A stretch of DNA of 64,000 nt, taken from contig CAVYTU010000017.1 in assembly GCA_963771465.1 (NCBI GenBank), forward strand, positions 832,001 through 896,000, written 5' to 3'. The notes beneath the pieces were generated by a model. The model was not told where the DNA came from. It did not search any database and saw nothing but the letters and a program-made list of their open reading frames with translations. Of this stretch, positions 61,819 to 64,000 are shown piece after piece. This DNA comes from an uncultured delta proteobacterium (lineage in GTDB: Bacteria > Desulfobacterota > Binatia > UBA9968). Every line of letters starts with the position of its first letter. Position 1 is the first letter of the stretch. Both the position numbers and the translations under genes were made by a program.

Positions 61819-62970
61819 ATGTCGGAGATTATTTCGGCCGATTGTCATTTGGATTTTTGGTATTTACCTGGCGATCTATTTTATTCGGAGGCGCCGGCGT
61901 CATGGAAAGAGCGCATGCCGCGAGTACAGAACACCGATAGCGGCCGCGCTTGGGTGCATAACGGCAAGATCATTCGCTACGTCGGCGACGTTGGGCTTGG
62001 CCGAGAAAACGTGCGGCACGACCGGGTGACGATGTCGGTGCGTCTGCGGCGCAAGGCGCGCACGGGAATTTATTCAGACGCGGCCAATGGAGTCTTTCGT
62101 CCAGCGTCGCCGGAGCTGCGACTCAAGGATATGGAGTTGGACGGTGTCGGCGCGGAAGTCATTTACGGTATTTTGGGACTGAGCCGGCGCTTGCAAGACG
62201 GCGAAGCGATGGGCGTGATCTTTCGCATCTACAACGACTTCGTGATGCAGTTTCGCAAGTACGATCCGGACCGGTTGGCGCCGCTCGCCTGTTTGCCAAA
62301 CCACGACCCAAAGGCAGCGGCTGAAGAGTTACGGCGAGTCGCCAAGCTCGGCCTTACCGGCGCGGAGTTGATCGCGTCCGATTCGGTGCGGCCGATTTGG
62401 GATCGCGATTGGGATCCGGTATGGGAAGCAGCCGATGACACCGGCATTCCAATCTCATTTCACAATCAGGGACAAGATGTTCGTCCCCTCAATGCCAACG
62501 ATCCGCATGCCGAAGAGAACGCTAAAGTGCGCAATGCCGTCCGACAAGCGGTGTCGCGTTTCGGTTCGGCGCAATTTCTCGCCTCGATTATTTACTCCGG
62601 CGCATTTGACCGCTATCCCAGTTTTCGCTTTGTCCTCGGCGAGTCGAGCATCGGCTGGATTCCCTATTTCCTGCAGCGCATGGATTACGAGTACGAGGAA
62701 GAGGAATCGTTTCATCTGCGACTCCGGCTTAAGCCGAGCGATTATTTTCGCGTCAACGGCTTCGTCACCTATGAACGCGATGCCGTCGGCGCGCGCTTGA
62801 TGGATTTATTGGGGGAGGACAATGTGATGTGGGGCTCGGATTATCCTCATCCCGACGGCACCTGGCCCGATTCACAGCGCTTCCTGGATCAAGAGCTCGC
62901 ATGCTTGTCCGACAGAGTTCGGCGCAAAGTTACCCACGATAACGCGGCGAAACTTTACAAACTTAAATAG
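61819..62970 (+). CDS. Amidohydrolase_2 family protein
   Basis: ISADCH, MELDGVGAEVIYG, GWIPYFL.RMD, WGSDYPH. Confidence 0.9.
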   Translation: MSEIISADCHLDFWYLPGDLFYSEAPASWKERMPRVQNTDSGRAWVHNGKIIRYVGDVGLGRENVRHDRVTMSVRLRRKARTGIYSDAANGVFRPASPELRLKDMELDGVGAEVIYGILGLSRRLQDGEAMGVIFRIYNDFVMQFRKYDPDRLAPLACLPNHDPKAAAEELRRVAKLGLTGAELIASDSVRPIWDRDWDPVWEAADDTGIPISFHNQGQDVRPLNANDPHAEENAKVRNAVRQAVSRFGSAQFLASIIYSGAFDRYPSFRFVLGESSIGWIPYFLQRMDYEYEEEESFHLRLRLKPSDYFRVNGFVTYERDAVGARLMDLLGEDNVMWGSDYPHPDGTWPDSQRFLDQELACLSDRVRRKVTHDNAAKLYKLK

Positions 62971-62995
62971 TCGACAGTGGTTAAGAAAGATTCCG

Positions 62996-64000
62996 ATGGC
63001 AACCTGTACTGAAGCGCTCGCTGGCTTTGCCCTGGGGGAAAAATTCGAAAACCTACCGCCAAGCGTGGTTGAAAAAAGCAAGCTGCTGATCTTGGACGGC
63101 GTCGGTTTGGCGTTGGCTGCGGCGCGCGAAGACTTCGCGCTCAAGACGATCAGAGCGCTGCGGCTATTGGGTCAGGGGACGGATGCGACGGTGATCGGCG
63201 CTGAGGAGAAAGTCCCGGTGAGCAGCGCGCCGTTGCTCAACGGTATGTTGATTCATGCTTTCGATTTCGACGACACACATCATCCGCTGGTGATTCACAA
63301 TACGTCAGTGGTGATGCCGGCGGCGTTGGCGGTTTCCGAATGGCTGGGGTTGAGCGGTAAAGAATTTATTACCGCCTGCGCCGTCGGCTTCGAAGTCTCG
63401 CTACGCGTTGCCCGCGGCACGCGGGTTCATGCGATCCACGGCCGCGGTTATCATCCGACGGCAATCTGCGGCGTGTTCGGCGGCGCCGCGGCGGCCGGCC
63501 GGCTGTTGGGTCTAAAATATCAGCAACTCACCAATGCGTTTGGCCTGGCAGGGAGTCAAGGTTCGGGCAACATGGAGTGGCAATCCGACGGCAGTTGGTC
63601 CAAACGCTTTCAGCCCGGTTGGTCATCCCACGGCGCAGTCGTCGGCGCTTTGTTGGCGCGCGAAGGTTTTACCGCGCCCACCACAGCGCTGGAGGGATCC
63701 AAAGGTTTTTACGCGACCCACGTAGGCGAGGGGAATTTTAGCGTTCAATCCGCGCTTGATGGAATGGGCCAAGATTGGGAGCTCAACCGGGTGGAGTTCA
63801 AACCGTATCCGTGCGCCGGCGCGCTGCAAGCGACCGTGCGCGCCTGTGTCAATCTCCACAACCGTTTGCATTTTAATGCCGACGATATCGCTGACGTCGA
63901 ATGCCGCGTGCGCATGGGCGATCGACCGGCCGAGCAGGGCGGCGAGCAAGTCTTTTCGCAACATTCGCCGCAGGGCGATTACGGCGCGCATTTCTCAACG
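62996..64000 (+). CDS. MmgE/PrpD family protein (runs off the window; absent from the ORF track)
   Basis: Manual translation: MATCTEALAGF...NGMLIHAFDFDDTH...GYHPT...KRFQPG...FKPYPC. Confidence 0.88.
   Translation, partial: MATCTEALAGFALGEKFENLPPSVVEKSKLLILDGVGLALAAAREDFALKTIRALRLLGQGTDATVIGAEEKVPVSSAPLLNGMLIHAFDFDDTHHPLVIHNTSVVMPAALAVSEWLGLSGKEFITACAVGFEVSLRVARGTRVHAIHGRGYHPTAICGVFGGAAAAGRLLGLKYQQLTNAFGLAGSQGSGNMEWQSDGSWSKRFQPGWSSHGAVVGALLAREGFTAPTTALEGSKGFYATHVGEGNFSVQSALDGMGQDWELNRVEFKPYPCAGALQATVRACVNLHNRLHFNADDIADVECRVRMGDRPAEQGGEQVFSQHSPQGDYGAHFST

Overview
GC-rich bacterial genomic window. Gene content (ccsA-hemA-hemC-hemD-hemB, rpoZ-rpoH, many orphan solute-binding proteins, amidohydrolases, MmgE/PrpD, LLM, UbiD) suggests a deltaproteobacteria-like organism, possibly Ca. 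Binatia; this is inference only. The assembly has many single-base indels, including in hemB, so most frameshifts are probably sequencing noise. The main signal missed by the ORF track is two probable selenoproteins. One is a glutathione S-transferase (9306-9866, minus; A-U-P-Y at the catalytic Cys position). The other is a signal-peptide-bearing peroxiredoxin-like protein (24003-24568, minus; S-A-T-U-V-K-C). Each has an in-frame UGA followed by a bacterial SECIS-like hairpin. The Sec-peroxiredoxin heads a co-oriented cluster of exported proteins (21.1-24.6 kb): a CHRD lipoprotein, a small Cys-Pro/His protein, a diheme cytochrome c with a contracted CxCH motif, and two cytochrome c' genes. This is the best candidate for an undescribed periplasmic redox system. 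The right third (43.5-64 kb) is a large uncharacterised uptake/catabolic island of repeated SBP, amidohydrolase, MmgE/PrpD, CapA-like, LLM and atypical SDR genes. Several intergenic fold-back repeats are present. No rRNA, tRNA, CRISPR array or transposase was seen.
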